From: Octopus vulgaris | Taxonomy: Eukaryota | Direction: 5' to 3' | Assembly: GCA_951406725.2 (NCBI GenBank) | Contig: OX597817.1 | Location: 41,788,001-41,852,000 of the forward strand | Length of the DNA: 64,000 bases | Shown here: one piece after another, positions 27,436 through 40,198 of the stretch | How the letters are laid out: each line of letters starts with the position of its first letter | Numbering within the stretch: the first letter of the stretch is position 1 | Notes under the pieces: model-generated | The model's input: only the letters and a program-made list of their open reading frames with translations | What the model was told of the DNA's origin: nothing | The model's database searches: none | Made by a program: the position numbers and the translations under genes

Positions 27436-30400
27436 CATTCCATCTTGATTAGAAATCAACAAACTTATATCTACTCTTGCTTATGTTAGTAATTTTAAAG
27501 ATTCTTGATTATATAATTTTTCCGTACTAGTTCATTGAAAGTACTATATGATACTAAATATCCAGTTTTACCCATATAACAGCTTTCATACAATGCCAGT
27601 TAGATCGAACACATGTAAGATTAAAATGAATATGCATCATATCTATTGAATTTGTGCCCTATACTCTGTGATATAGAACTAATGATGTCTAATGATTCTT
27701 CGAAAATGCTAATAGAAAGAATAGCGACGATTTTAGAGATTTTAAAGAAATGTTGAACAGAGGCGAAGTCGCGGTTTCAATTCTCGATTTCAGTAATTTC
27801 TTGTCGGTCACATCAAATACACTACAGAAGGGCATGAACATCGCACAATACCAATTACAATACATCTAACACTGTGTTCGTATGTCAGAACTCCATGTTA
27901 CATAGATATGGATGAAAATAAAATATGCATAAATAAATAAATTTAGCATGTATAGTAAAGATCGATCAATTAGTGAACAAGTACATTGTATATTCGTTAC
28001 TAATGTACTTTATTTTTTCGGGCGTGCCTTTCGGGCACTTTTTAGTCTTCTGCTTTATTTCAGACGCATATTTCTTAGATTAAACCAAATTACACTTAGT
28101 CATATTGATGATAGAGTAACCGATAAAGAATAGGTTTTTTGTTGTTGTTGTATATATGTATACATATATATATATATATGCAAAATCAATAGAAATTTAC
28201 CAATAATCATCTAAGTCACGAGAATTTTTTTTTAATTGAAACTATATAAATAAAAATTATTTATTAGTGCAGCATCGGTCGCCTTGCAGTGAAAGCAAGT
28301 TTGTTTCTTTAATTGTATTTGCGCCGCTTCTTTATTTTACATATAAATAACGTGGCAAGTATATAAAAGCTTTAATATTAAAATGTTTTTTTTTAAAGTT
28401 ATTCATTATGACACCCGTAAAGTACAAATTGGGAGTGGGTGCTTCTAATTAAAATTTAAATAAATGCATTTACTACAACAAGTGGTTACTACATTCGCTG
28501 TAGATCCTTTCGCATTAACGGGTAATTGAACCCAACAGACAGGATTACAAATATACCTGGTCAAACTAAAAAAATTAAAACGAATAACAAAAAAGATCTA
28601 AAATCAGTCTTATTCTTTAAAATTAACCTAATTATTCTTGCTTATCAAAACCAAGACTTTATGTATGCTTTTCTTATAACTTAGGGATGGGCGAGAAAAA
28701 AAAACTCGTTTTAGTCTTTTTTTGTTTTTAGAACGACAAAAAAAAACTGAAATAAATGAAAAGAATGCAACAGATAAAACAAAACTAATTCGTCATATCA
28801 GTCTAGAAATACATTAGATAGACAATGTTCACTCGAATATTGAAAATCAAAACTGCCGAGATAAAATTACGACAGCTAAAAATCGAAGAAAGTGACATCG
28901 ATCACCGGTTCGAATGAAAAAGTACGTGCGACGACTGCACAGGTAGGTAGGCAGGCATGACGTCGGTGTAGTATTCAAGGTTGTAGGTGGCGGAATACAG
29001 CAACTAGTTAGCGGTTTATTTGACAGACTGCGCTTTAAAGTTAGCCATCATAAAGGAAAACATTAAATTACTATGGCTTCATGTTCGATGTTTGACTTTA
29101 GGTTTTATTAGAAGTACGTAGGTGAAAGAGATATTCTAAAGTATAAGGTGGGAAAATATTCATCCACGTGTGTGTATTCCAATCCATGAGAGAAATAATG
29201 GTGATGTGTATGATCAAACAAGGCGCGCGTATATCGATAAGTGCACACGCATACGCGCACTTTCCGTCTCTACACAACTGGTTCAGTACCAGTTTGTAGG
29301 GAGAATCGATAATGATGTATAAATCTAATTTAAACAAAACCAAGATAGATATGAAGGAAAATAAAGTGGCGTACGATTCTCCAGAAACCGTTAAAAACAC
29401 TTCATCTATCATTTATTTCTCAATAACACCAGATTAGCTACAGGTGAATGACCGCTTTTAACAAAAATATATTTTTTTAAAAATTAACTAACTGTAAATT
29501 TTAAAATACGGCTAATTCATACTAAAAGAAGCTCGGCTAACTGGGTTGACTTTATTAATTGTATTGACTTCCAAACAGAAAGGGACAATAGGTGGAAAGT
29601 GCGCCTGTTTGAATTTACCTGTAGAACGAGTGTGGTCGCACACACCAGACGACAGAACAACAAGTGGACTTCATTGAAGAAAAATAGCATACGTTTTGAA
29701 TTATTTACTGCACTATATCTGCACTGAAGATATCATGTTCTATCAATCATAATAACTGTGCAGTTTCGAATGAGGTCTCGTTTTAATACACTTAAAAAAT
29801 TCAGAAAGGTACTTTTGATCAATTCGTAAGGTTAATAATATAGTGACGAGAACTTAACAATGAAATACACATTTCATTGATAATTTTCATGAATAAAGGT
29901 ACATTTCACACAATACATCATTGTATTAAGAGTATTTATAGACTAGTGTTAAAAATGCAAGACGTAAATAGAATTTATAAAAGGGGGTGGAACCTGTCAT
30001 AGTACGTACGCACTATACTGGACATCTGTTGGAATTACACAGTAACAACCATAAAAATACGAGTCGCAGAATGCAACAAATGGCAAATGCTTGCTATCAT
30101 ATAGCTAGAGATGCGTTCAATATTTCTATAAAATACCTAGAGGGTGGGTTGTTTTATCTGTTGTCTCAGAAAGACAACACACAGTAGCTTAAAATGCACA
30201 TAGTAGTCGATATTTAATAGCGAAGCGACTGGACGGCCTTCTAGGGAAAAGAAGAAAAAGAAATTGACACAACGATAAATCGATATGTAGAGTTCAGAGA
30301 GTAACATTTCGAAATATCCACGGTGATAGAAATTTAGTGTGTTGAATATATGTATTAAAGCTGTTTATTATAACACATGTTAAATAGACGATACCGAAAG

Positions 30401-30808
30401 GGGGTGGAGAAGAAAAAAAAATAACATTTTACAAAGATAAACATAACGATGAAAAGACACACACACACATCTATATACATGTATTTTATATATGTAATTA
30501 CGGTTTCTGGGTAACTGTAAAGTATGTTTATCTTTATTTTCTTTTAATGGGATAGAATCATTAGAAAAAGGAATTTGTATGAGCATACTATGTCCCAAAT
30601 AAATTCATCTCTATCTCCGATATTTTTGAATGAAGGTTAGAAGCAGAATCGTAACCGCAGTAAGTAACAGTTGTAGCCGGGGTAAAATACACTCAATTAG
30701 AAGAAAAAAATAGCCACAATGGAAATAAATAGAGATAATATAACTGACTTCTTTTACTACTCTTGTCAGATATCTCTGTAGTGAATAAATTTGTCTAAAA
30801 ACACTCAC

Positions 30809-30863
30809 CTCGTCTATTCATAGGTCTTACACGCACTGCGACTTTGACTTTGTCTGTTGCCAT
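30809..30863 (-). CDS. KIF13: First coding exon of a kinesin-3 (KIF13A/B, Khc-73 type) gene
   Basis: Reverse strand reads AAA ATG GCA ACA GAC AAA GTC AAA GTC GCA GTG CGT GTA AGA CCT ATG AAT AGA CGA G|GTGAGT = MATDKVKVAVRVRPMNRR plus a phase-1 consensus donor. This matches the KIF13 N-terminus (KVKVAVRVRPMNRRE) and, from recall, the 55-nt coding exon 1 of vertebrate KIF13. I did not find exon 2 in the window. Confidence 0.9.
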
Positions 30864-31100
30864 TTTCGCTCTCAATTAGCAGTTATAAATGAAAGTTTTC
30901 TAAATGAAACGTCAAATTAGATCCATAAAAATAAGATGTAGTCCATAAATTGTGCTTGTCGTCTCCGTCATGGCACAAAATAAGCTAGTAATCCCAAGCC
31001 ATGCACTTTATCTGCTCGCGATGCAATGTCTGCTATATCTCCGCGACGCCATGTTGCTTAGAAATACGACATCCGGGCACTCAATGAGTCATTGGTTGAA
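30864..31100 (-). promoter_or_regulatory. Putative 5'UTR and core promoter of the KIF13-like gene
   Basis: CpG-rich. YY1-like CGCCATGTT at 31047-31055, ETS-like ACATCCGG at 31069-31076, AP-1 TGAGTCA at 31085-31091 and CCAAT (ATTGG, 31091-31095) lie just upstream of the ATG on the minus strand. Confidence 0.6.
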
Positions 31101-32713
31101 TTTATAAATTATTTATTCGCTTCGATTCATTTGTCTGGTGTCATGCAATCGGGATGGAAAGAAAAACTAAAATCGAATTAAAGTCGCAGTTTACTTTGCA
31201 TATAGACATGGGAGAATGTAAATATATTAAAACATATACATATATTCATTCATATGTTTGCGGGGGAACTGAGGGAAGGTGTAAAATATTAACACAAATA
31301 TTGTCTACCGTAAGGAAGCGAAGTATACAATGTTTCATATTAATATACAGGAATTCAGACAGCAGTATTCGAAATTCATTCATTTTAGTTTTCCTGTACA
31401 AATGGAAAGTGAGTTGTATATATAACTGTTAAAATATGTTTCTATTAACTACTCTTAAATATATTTAGGAAATAAAAATACATACTCTATTCTTGGCAAT
31501 CAACTTTTTATTGCCGTATAACACAATTTCCTAACTTTACTTTCAGTTAAATATGTTTCTTCATGTCTGAAGAAACAGTTTACAACATTGTACATTAATA
31601 ATAAAATTATTTTTTTAACATCTCTGATACGGGATACCCACTTAACGAACTAAACATCAAAAGATGGTGACTAGTCTTCCGAATGTTAAAGCTTTTCTAA
31701 ATCTCACTGGAATATATTTATGAATATACAGACAACACTTTCTCCCAATGCGGAGTTTCGGGAAGTTTTGCCAGGCCTTAGAATGAAGGGCTTCAATTCA
31801 ATCTTAGATTAGATGGGTATATCTTCAGCCCAATCCTCTGATATTTATCTATGTACTTGATGGTATTTCATTGACTACAGAATTTTTTTCTATTATCATG
31901 TTCGGAACAACCTTATCATCAATCTATCTCCATAAATAGTTTGATGGTTTTTCAAACTAGGAACTTGTCTGAGCTCTCGGAACAGATATTTCTAAAGCTG
32001 GATGCTTTTTTTGGGGGGGATTTTTTTTGTTTTGTTTTTTTTTTCAATCAGTTTAAACTAAGAAAATAAAATAACAAGCTTGGAGGAGTTTTTACCGATC
32101 AGTATCTGAACTATAACGAAAAGAAATGGAATTAAAGAGAACCATTTCCTAAATCAACAATGCCGATCTGTACTTTTTTTTATCAATAAGCTAATAAATT
32201 CTATGGTTGTGTAGTCCTAGTCACCCTTGATCTAACCATCCTATCATCAAACGCCTCCCTGCAGTGATCATTCTGTCCTTTGCTTTTCCTTTTCTTTTTC
32301 TCTTTTTTTTTTCTTTTGTTTATAATCTATCTAGGACTGCACTGTCCGATGTGAACTTCTCATTTTAAAGACTATAAAGAGTGATATGAGGAAAATTTGG
32401 CTTCTTTTTCTACCAGGTCGAGAAACAGATATAACAGCTTCCCTGTTATATCATTAAACGCATCGGTATGACCCACAGGCCATTCACATTGCTTCATTCT
32501 AAGATCATATTCTATCCTATAACATGTGAATGGGATCGTTCCATCTAGTTTACCGCTCAACCAGATTTGGTAGCGATTGTAATACAACACTAGCTCTATC
32601 TTATCGACCAGACTATCAGATGTCCTTATACATTGCTGGTCACAATGCGCTACTGGTCTTCTCTTGGTTGCGCCCTTCTTTTCCATTTGTGACCATTATG
32701 TCTTTTAGAGGTT

Positions 32714-33112
32714 GGGCTGAGCTGGCAGAAACGTTAGCACGCCGGGTGAAATACTTAGCGGTATTTCATCTGCCGCTACGTTCTGAGTTCAAATTCCACC
32801 GAGGTCGACTTTGCCTTTCATCCTTTCAGGGTTGATTAAATAAGTACCAGTTACGCACTGGAGTCGATATAATCGACTTAATCCGTTTGTCTGTCCTTGT
32901 TTGTCTTCTCTGTGTTTAGCCCCTTGTAGGTAGTAAAGAAATAGGTATTTTGTCTGTCTTTACGTTCTGAGTTCAAATACCGCCGAGGTCGACTTTGCCT
33001 TTTATATTTTCGGGGTCGATAAATTAAGTAACAGTGAAACACTGAGGTCGTTGTAATCGACTAGTGACCTCCCACTAAATTTCAACCCTTGTGCCTCTAG
33101 TAGAAAAGATTA
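32714..33112 (+). mobile_element. tRNA-like SINE family C, dimeric form
   Basis: Head GAGCTGGCAGAAACGTTAGCACGCCGGG, B-box-like GAGTTCAAATTC, central GAGGTCGACTTTGCCTTTCATCCTTTC.GGGT.GAT.AA.TAAGTACCA; monomer junction at 32944/32945. Confidence 0.8.
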
Positions 33113-34206
33113 TTCAGATTAACAGTACAGTGTGCAGTAAGAGAAACTTTACTTTTATTTCTTACAGGTCGGGCGACCTTGTAATCCAGCCGTTTCTATT
33201 TAGGGTATCACGACACCCTAGGGTGTTATGACAGTCGTTAAGGATGTCACGAGGTTTTAAATTTCAGTAACACATTTGATGAAAAAATGTCAGCAAAGGT
33301 GTCATGTAGAAGGAGATAGGGTGACATGAGTGACAGAAACATCAGCAATCACTGAAGCAGAAGATTCATTGTCTGTTCGAGGATTATTTTAATAAATCGT
33401 GGTGTAGCTTTTGAATTATAATTTGTTTAGCACTCGCACACGCACACACGCGCGCACAGACGCAGTCCTTTGAATTAAAGGTACTTCAGTTTCGTTGTAG
33501 AGGCAACAAACAGGTGGTTATATGTGTGTGTTGTGTTGTGTATTTATCATGCTGGGAAAGAGGTTGATGTTATTTAGGCACCTGTTAACCCTAGAATTGA
33601 AGACCTAGATTCAAAAATGTTCCAGCTCAGACCGTTCCATCTTAATTTTATACATAACACTCTGTAAAGTGGATGACATTAGGAAGTACATCTAACTGTA
33701 GTAAGAACAATGAACCCTTTCGTTACCAACCCGGCCAAAACCGGATCTGGCTCTGTAGTACAAATGTTTTGTTTTCATAAGTTTTGAATTAAAATCTTCC
33801 ACCAAACCTTAGTCACAATTTATGTTCCTAACACTAGCTGAATGATAATTTTGTTATTTTACTAAATTCTTTGTTATATTTTAAAATGATTGAAAGAAAC
33901 ACAGAGCATCTCAAAATAAATACAGTAACGAAAGGGAGTTGAGCTTGGCACAGACTTGTGATTTGCCAAAACCTGCTAAACTGCCAACCCATGCCAGCAT
34001 GGAAGATAGATGTTAAAAATGATGATGATGATGACAGATACATTTAGAGTTACATTGTCCAATGTGTCCTTCCCTTATTAAGATGGTTGAACAAGATTTG
34101 CTTAGGAGTTGTCTACTATTTCTACCTAGTTGAGCCATCAGATAGAGGCTCCCTCATTGGTTTGTGACAGACATGTTGGAGCACAAGTAGAATTGGCCTG
34201 AGAAAG

Positions 34207-34832
34207 ATTCTTTTCTACTCTAGGCAGAAGGCCTGAAATTGTTTTTTTTTGGGGGGGGGGGGGCTAGTCGATTAGATCACCCTCAATACGCCACTGGTAC
34301 TTGATTTATCAACCCCGAAAGGATGAAAGACAAAGTTGACCTCAGCAAAATTTGAACTCAGAATGTAAAGACAGATGAAATACCACTAAGCATTTGACCC
34401 TGCATGCTAACATTTCTTATTTCTTTACTGTCCACAAGGGGCTACACACAGAGGGGACAAACAAGGATAGACAAATGGATTAAGTCGATTATATCAACCC
34501 CAGTGCATAACTGGTACTTATTTAATCGAACCTGAAAGGATGAAAGGCAAAGTCGACCTCGGTGGAATTTCAACTCAGAACGTAGCGGCAGACGAAATAC
34601 CTATTTCTTTACTACCCACAAGGGGCTAAACACAAAGGGGACAAACAAGGACAGACACATGGATTAAGTCGATTACATCGACCCCAGTGCATAACTAGTA
34701 CTTAGTTTATCGACCCCGAAAGAATAAAAAGCAAAGTCAACCTCGGCGGAATTTGAACTCAGTATGTAACGGCAGACGAAATACGGCTACGCATTTCGCC
34801 CGGCATGCTAACATTTCTGCCAGCTCGCCGCC
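34207..34832 (-). mobile_element. SINE family C, trimeric form with TSD
   Basis: Three monomers flanked by TTGGCCT(G/A)AGAAA at 34193-34205 and 34834-34846. Confidence 0.8.
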
Positions 34833-35153
34833 TTTGGCCTAAGAAATATTAAACATCAAATTTTCCAAATAAGAAGTGTATATGTAAAAACGAAAGTGAA
34901 GTATGTTGGAATAAAATGTGTATGGCAACACCAAGTAATGCGTTCAGCAAAAAGAAAAAGTATTTTAATGTTTAAAATTTGAATGTTGTTACATACTATA
35001 AAAAAAAGGATAACTAAAGTTTGATGGTGTATAAATACTGTGAAATATGAAAAAGATCAGTATGATGAAAAACCCTTTTATTACTGCATTTCTATTGAAA
35101 TATATTTCTTAGCTTTCATTTTATTTTGAAAATAATGAAGAATTTAGTAGATA

Positions 35154-35651
35154 CCATATTTGATAGCTTATAAAATACACTTTTTCTATAAAAAAAATCT
35201 CTCAAAAATATCACCCTGGCACCTATATGCAAAACTGGGCCTATTTTACATGCTTTAACATGTTAACCACCACAGCCTGTTACTGGAACTTACTGGTAAC
35301 ACCACATATTTTGTGCAGTCGCTTTGTCTACTCTTTAATTTCAAGATGTAATTTTTCTGCATTTTTACAAAATTTCATAATTAAACTTTAATATTAAGCA
35401 CTCATGTTATTTAAATATCCTTCAAACTATGCCAAAGATACAGAATAAAATATTTTCTCAAATTATGAAAATGTACCACCAGTACCACCCTTGCTGGAAA
35501 ATGTATGGCAGTTGTGTGAAATTTGCGATGAACATCCAGTGATACATGTGGTAGTTAACACGCTAATCGCAAAAAGTTTTTCCTGATTATGAGCTGCTGA
35601 AATTGTGGTGTGTTTAATATACCCATGTGTCCTTTATGCTATCAATTATGG
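35154..35651. mobile_element. TcMar (Tc2-like) MITE with TA TSD; contains a TTAA-type MITE at 35259-35562
   Basis: TA-CCATATTTGATAGCTTATAAAATACAC ... GTGTCCTTTATGCTATCAATTATGG-TA. Inner element TTAA-CATGTTAACCACCACA ... TGTGGTAGTTAACACG-CTAA. Confidence 0.7.
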
Positions 35652-35923
35652 TAACTTTGTCATAGTTAAGTTGATGTCTGAAACACAAACTAGCACAAAA
35701 TTTTGATTGATATTTTGAATTTAAGTCACTTTAACCTTTTAGCATTTAAACCAACTATATCCAGCTCAAATATTCTACTTGTTTTATGCCCAAATGTGCC
35801 AGGTGTGACCTGACACACTCACCCTAAAATATCATTAAAAATATATACAAGCACATCATTAAAATCTCAAAACTATGAGAAAATACATAATTAATTCAAA
35901 ACAGTGTGAATGAATAAGTATTA

Positions 35924-36556
35924 CAGTGATCCCTCGTTTATCACGGTAGATTGGTTCTGAGACCAGCCGCGATAACTGAATTTCCGCGAAGTAGGGACAC
36001 CATATTTACAGTATTTATTTAACATGTATTTAGACTTTTAAAACCCTCCCTGTACTGTTAACAACCTATCCATTACAGTAGTCTATTAATAACAAGGACA
36101 ACTGTTAACCATAACACTTTAGATTTTAAAAAATAAAGATTGTTACTGTACTCAACATGAAAGAAGTTGAAGTAAAATTTGAATGATAATAGTGATGAAT
36201 TTCCTGCGCAGTAGAAATGATGATGATGAAGCTGACGGCGGTACCTTTTCCTGGGACACCTCTACCACTTCTTCCGAAGGTGCAACCATAGTAGTAGCAG
36301 CAAGAACTGGCTCTTTTTTGCGAGACTGCAAAGACATTGTGATAGAAAGTTCCTGCCACTGCTTCTTTTTCTGTTCAAAGAACATCTTATAGGGATTCGT
36401 GACTTCGTTGACATGACTTCATCGATATGACTTCGTTATTATTAATATTTTAATGGATTTAATGAAAAATTTTAGGTGTTCCTATATATATATTTTTAAA
36501 ATCTGTGAAGTCATGAATCTATGATAGTTGAACCGCGAAGTAGTGAGGGATCACTG
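35924..36556 (-). mobile_element. Tigger/pogo-type non-autonomous element with a transposase C-terminal remnant
   Basis: TA-CAGTGATCCCTC ... GAGGGATCACTG-TA. Minus-strand PYKMFFEQKKKQWQELSITM resembles Tigger C-termini. Inserted in MITE-B (35735-36587). Confidence 0.8.
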
Positions 36557-39212
36557 TACATTTAACAGAGTAGAATTAAAGGACTAAAACAAAATATTTG
36601 TCATCATAGAACCAGAGATAGCTTCAAGGCCCTTCATATTGAAAAGGTTAAAGTTCAATTGTGTTGTACAAAAAGAAGGCTGTGTACATTTTATACAAGA
36701 GTTTGTCAAAGCAAGTGTTATACTGAAAAGAAAATTCCTGGCTAAAAATTTTTATTAAGTCACATGCAGGAAATTTGAGGGAACCATTGCTGACCAGTTT
36801 GGATGTAATCAACATCATGATAGCTCTGCTAAAAATGAATGCTGCTGCTGCTTGTTGCTGCCAAGTAGGCTAAGAATAGTCCCTATGCTCATTGCAAAAA
36901 AGCAGTTTGCATGAAAAACGGAAGTGGTTGATTATTTTTAGTCATGTAAAGTGCAAAATAGAACAGCATTTTTTTTATTTATTTATTTTTCAATATTTTA
37001 ACACCTTGGAGAATATACCACAGCATTTTGTCCAATGTTCTGATGATTTTACCAATAATCCACCGATATTTTTTTGCATTATTTATGTGTGATGTAAATA
37101 AAGATAATGTCTTGAATGTGGTGGTGGCGGCGGCTGCAGTGGTGGCGGCGGCGGCGGTGGTGGTGGTGGTGACATTTAAGAATGTTATAAAGTTGTGTTT
37201 TTTTGTTATTTACTCATGATGTTGTTATTTAACCTCAGATCATGCTTGTTTCGGATCATTTGGATCAAGCATATACCAGATGCAACTATCAGTTGTTTTA
37301 ATTCGGCCAACCCACCCCACTCCCCAAAACATGGTGTTTCTAGGATTATATTTTCAAAATGATAGGATAACATTTGAGGAAGATTTGGCTGCTATTTCCA
37401 GCAAGGGAAGAAACTCAGTAAAGCGAGGGTTCCCAGTTTGAGTTGCCTGTACTCCTTGGGGGTTCTAGATAGCATTTCAAAGAGTGTGACAATAAGGGAT
37501 GAAAGCAGATCATCATCATCTTCGTTGTCATTGTTGGTGTCATCGTTTAATGTTTTTTCCATGCTGGCGGCATGGGTGGAATGATTCAACAGGGACAGGA
37601 ATATCAGAAGACTGCACCAAGGTTTTGTGTCTACTTTGGTATGGTTTCTATGGCTGGATGCCTTTCCTAATACCAACAACTTTACAGAGTGTATTGGGTG
37701 CTTTTCTTATGGCACCATCAACAGTGAGGTTACCATGAAACAAGACCCTCCAACTGGAAGGAGTAGTATTGAGGGACAGAAAAGGTGACTTGCATCTCAG
37801 ATGGAGAGGAAGAGAGGAGAGACAGAAGGTGGTGAAAATTAGACAGGGACGAGGAAGGGGCCAAACACTTAAGTCAAAGAAAGGTGTGTAGAGTGAAAGT
37901 GACTGGGAATTAGAGAGGGAGAGTTTATAAGATTGTAAAAGGAGAATGGAAGCTGAGAGGGGTTGCAATGAAAGGGAACTGGTAGAGGGAGGGGTTGCTA
38001 GGAGGATATGTTGTGGGGAAGGGATTTAATAGGGACAGGTGATGTGTATAGTGAAGTGGAAAGGAAGTGGAGAGAGTGAAAGAGAGAAAGCAGATCTTTT
38101 ATTATAAACCTTTTATAGAATAAAAATATTAACTCTTAAAAATAATATTATTCTACTAATCACAAGAATTTTATTATTCTACATGTCACTGTACGTTGCT
38201 GTATTGATCAGACTATCAGAAGTTGTTACACATCACTGGTCACAATGTGCTTCCAAATTTATTTTCATTGCACCATTCTTTTCTATTTTGGCTCAGATCA
38301 TTTAACTAAATCATCTTGTTATCATCATAGAGGCCTTCTGAGTGACCTTTTCTGACCTCCCAGGTACGACATTGCAACTGCACAGGTCCATCTATTGTCT
38401 GTGAACTTTGAAACATGTCCAAAGCAGTGGAACTTGTCCTTTCAGTATTCTGCAATCACAGCATTCACTCTGCTCCATTCTCAAATTATTTCATTTCAGA
38501 TGTGCCCTCTCGGGGATATTCTTGACATGGATCTTTCCATGGCTTTTTGCATCACAACTAATCAATGTTCTTCCCTCTTCATCTCACTTACATATAAGCA
38601 TGCAGGTAGGACGGTGCTATTGAAGAGTCTGGCACATTTGGTCTTGTCCAACTTTGATTTAAACACATCCTTTACTGAGGTAAACACTCCCCATTTTGCT
38701 CTTATTTTCTTCAAGATTTCACCATCCATGTCTCAATATATATTTGCCGCATTCCCTAAGTAGACATATGCCTTTACCTCATTGATTTCATCACATTCCA
38801 CTCTATTTGGTCTTTTGCTATCTTTTTAGACCACATGTAATTTGTTTTCAAGTGGGTTTTTTTTAAGGCCTGCAGCTGAACTATGGGTGTCCAGCTCTAT
38901 CAGCTTGGTCTACAGCTGATCTATGGTTTAATTGATGAGTACAATGCCATCTGTTCCCGTCACCTGTCCAGTCAATGTTTCTGATGACTATTTTTTAAGG
39001 TATGTGGTGGAAACCTTTGGAGAGATACTAACTCCCTGTTTAGTGCACTTCCCTCTTACTGGTGGTAATAGCAGAGCCTTATCAGTGGTGCATCCAGAGT
39101 TCACATCCCTGAGCAGTTTGGTGAATTGCACCTCAACACCTTGCATTTCCAGAAATTTCAGCAATGCATTAATCTCAATATTATCGTTAATGAAAGCAAT
39201 GCACAGGGAATG

Positions 39213-39450
39213 CTTGTATTCTTTTGCTCATTCTATATTAAAGTGAGAATGTGTATTCTTGTATTCTTTTGCTCATTCTATATTAAAGGGAATGTGTATT
39301 CTTGTATTATTTTGCTCATTCTATATTAAAGGGAATGTATATTCTTGTATGCTTTTGCTCATTCTATATTAAAGGGAATGTATATTCTTGTATTTTTTTG
39401 CTCATTCTATATTAAAGGGAATGTGTATTCTTGTATTCTTAAAGGGAATA
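39213..39450. repeat. 43-bp minisatellite, ~5.5 copies, inside the RTE RT domain
   Basis: Unit CTTGTATTCTTTTGCTCATTCTATATTAAAGGGAATGTGTATT. Confidence 0.9.
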
Positions 39451-39569
39451 TGTAATCCATCACACAGTAGGTTATATGGAAACTTACTGGCTTCCTTGGC
39501 TGCTGATCCTTGTGATGTTTTGATCATCTGGTGAGTATGACCTTTGCAAATAGCTTATAGAGGTAAGAA

Positions 39570-39865
39570 TGAAGGCATGTAGCTTAGTGGTTAGGGACAT
39601 TTAGCTTATGATCATAAGGTCATGGGTTCAATTCCCAGCAGTGTTGTGTCCTTGAGCAAGACACTATATTTCACATTACTGAGTTGTACCCGTAATTCAA
39701 TGGTCCAGCCTTGTCACATTCTGTATCACACTGACTGTCCCAGGGAGCTATGTTAAGGATATGCATGTCTGTGGAATACTCAACCACCAGCACATTAATT
39801 TCATAAGGCTGTTCTGTCCATCAGATCAACTGGAACTCTTATTGTCATAACTGACTGAATGCCAG
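39570..39865 (+). mobile_element. CORE-type SINE family B inserted in the RTE
   Basis: Degenerate TSD TTATAGAGGTAAGA / TTATAAAGGTGAGA; interrupts the LLSHLY|KLF motif. Confidence 0.8.
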
Positions 39866-40198
39866 TTATAAAGGTGAGACAACAGGTATATTGTTCAATA
39901 GTTTCTTCAGTTTTCTTTATCAACCTTCTTATGAAGAAAGGTGGCATTCAATTCTTTCCAGATTAAGAATTTTACCCTCCTTCAGATAGTGACTGAAGCA
40001 GAAAAAGAGAATTTTCCAAAGCTTGGTGTAGGCTTTAATGGCTCTTCTATCTCCCCTTTGTCTGTCATTGTTCTTCTGCCCCATCACCTATAAAAATGCC
40101 AGCTCTCTCTTGCATCATTTTAGACTTTTCCATTCCTCTGCAGCTTGCATCAGCTTCTTCAGACCATGATTCTTGAAATCATTTTCTAGATATTATCT

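Larger units (their letters stand above)
27700..31350. promoter_or_regulatory. CpG-retaining, TE-poor promoter and first-intron island
   Basis: Visibly many CG dinucleotides (e.g. GTACGTGCGACGAC, GGCGCGCGTATATCG) compared with the CpG-poor flanks. No recognisable SINE or MITE between ~27430 and ~32200. Confidence 0.6.
35073..36647. mobile_element. MITE-A hosting four nested DNA elements
   Basis: Outer CCCTTTTATTAC ... GAAAAGG-TTAA. The MITE-A sequence resumes collinearly after each insert. Confidence 0.65.

Noticed and set aside
31154-31432. 92-aa plus-strand ORF directly upstream of the promoter
   Set aside because: No recognisable homology, low-complexity middle and only a weak donor; not supportable as a gene without transcripts.
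33145-33180. Strong-looking plus-strand splice acceptor TTTTATTTCTTACAG|GTCGGGCGACC
   Set aside because: Resembles the CTATTTCTAGC.GGTCGA segment of an interspersed repeat seen at 26745-26765 and 32400-32425; no convincing exon follows.
36126-36392. Three overlapping ORFs suggesting a small gene
   Set aside because: They lie inside the Tigger-type element; only the minus-strand transposase tail remnant is meaningful.
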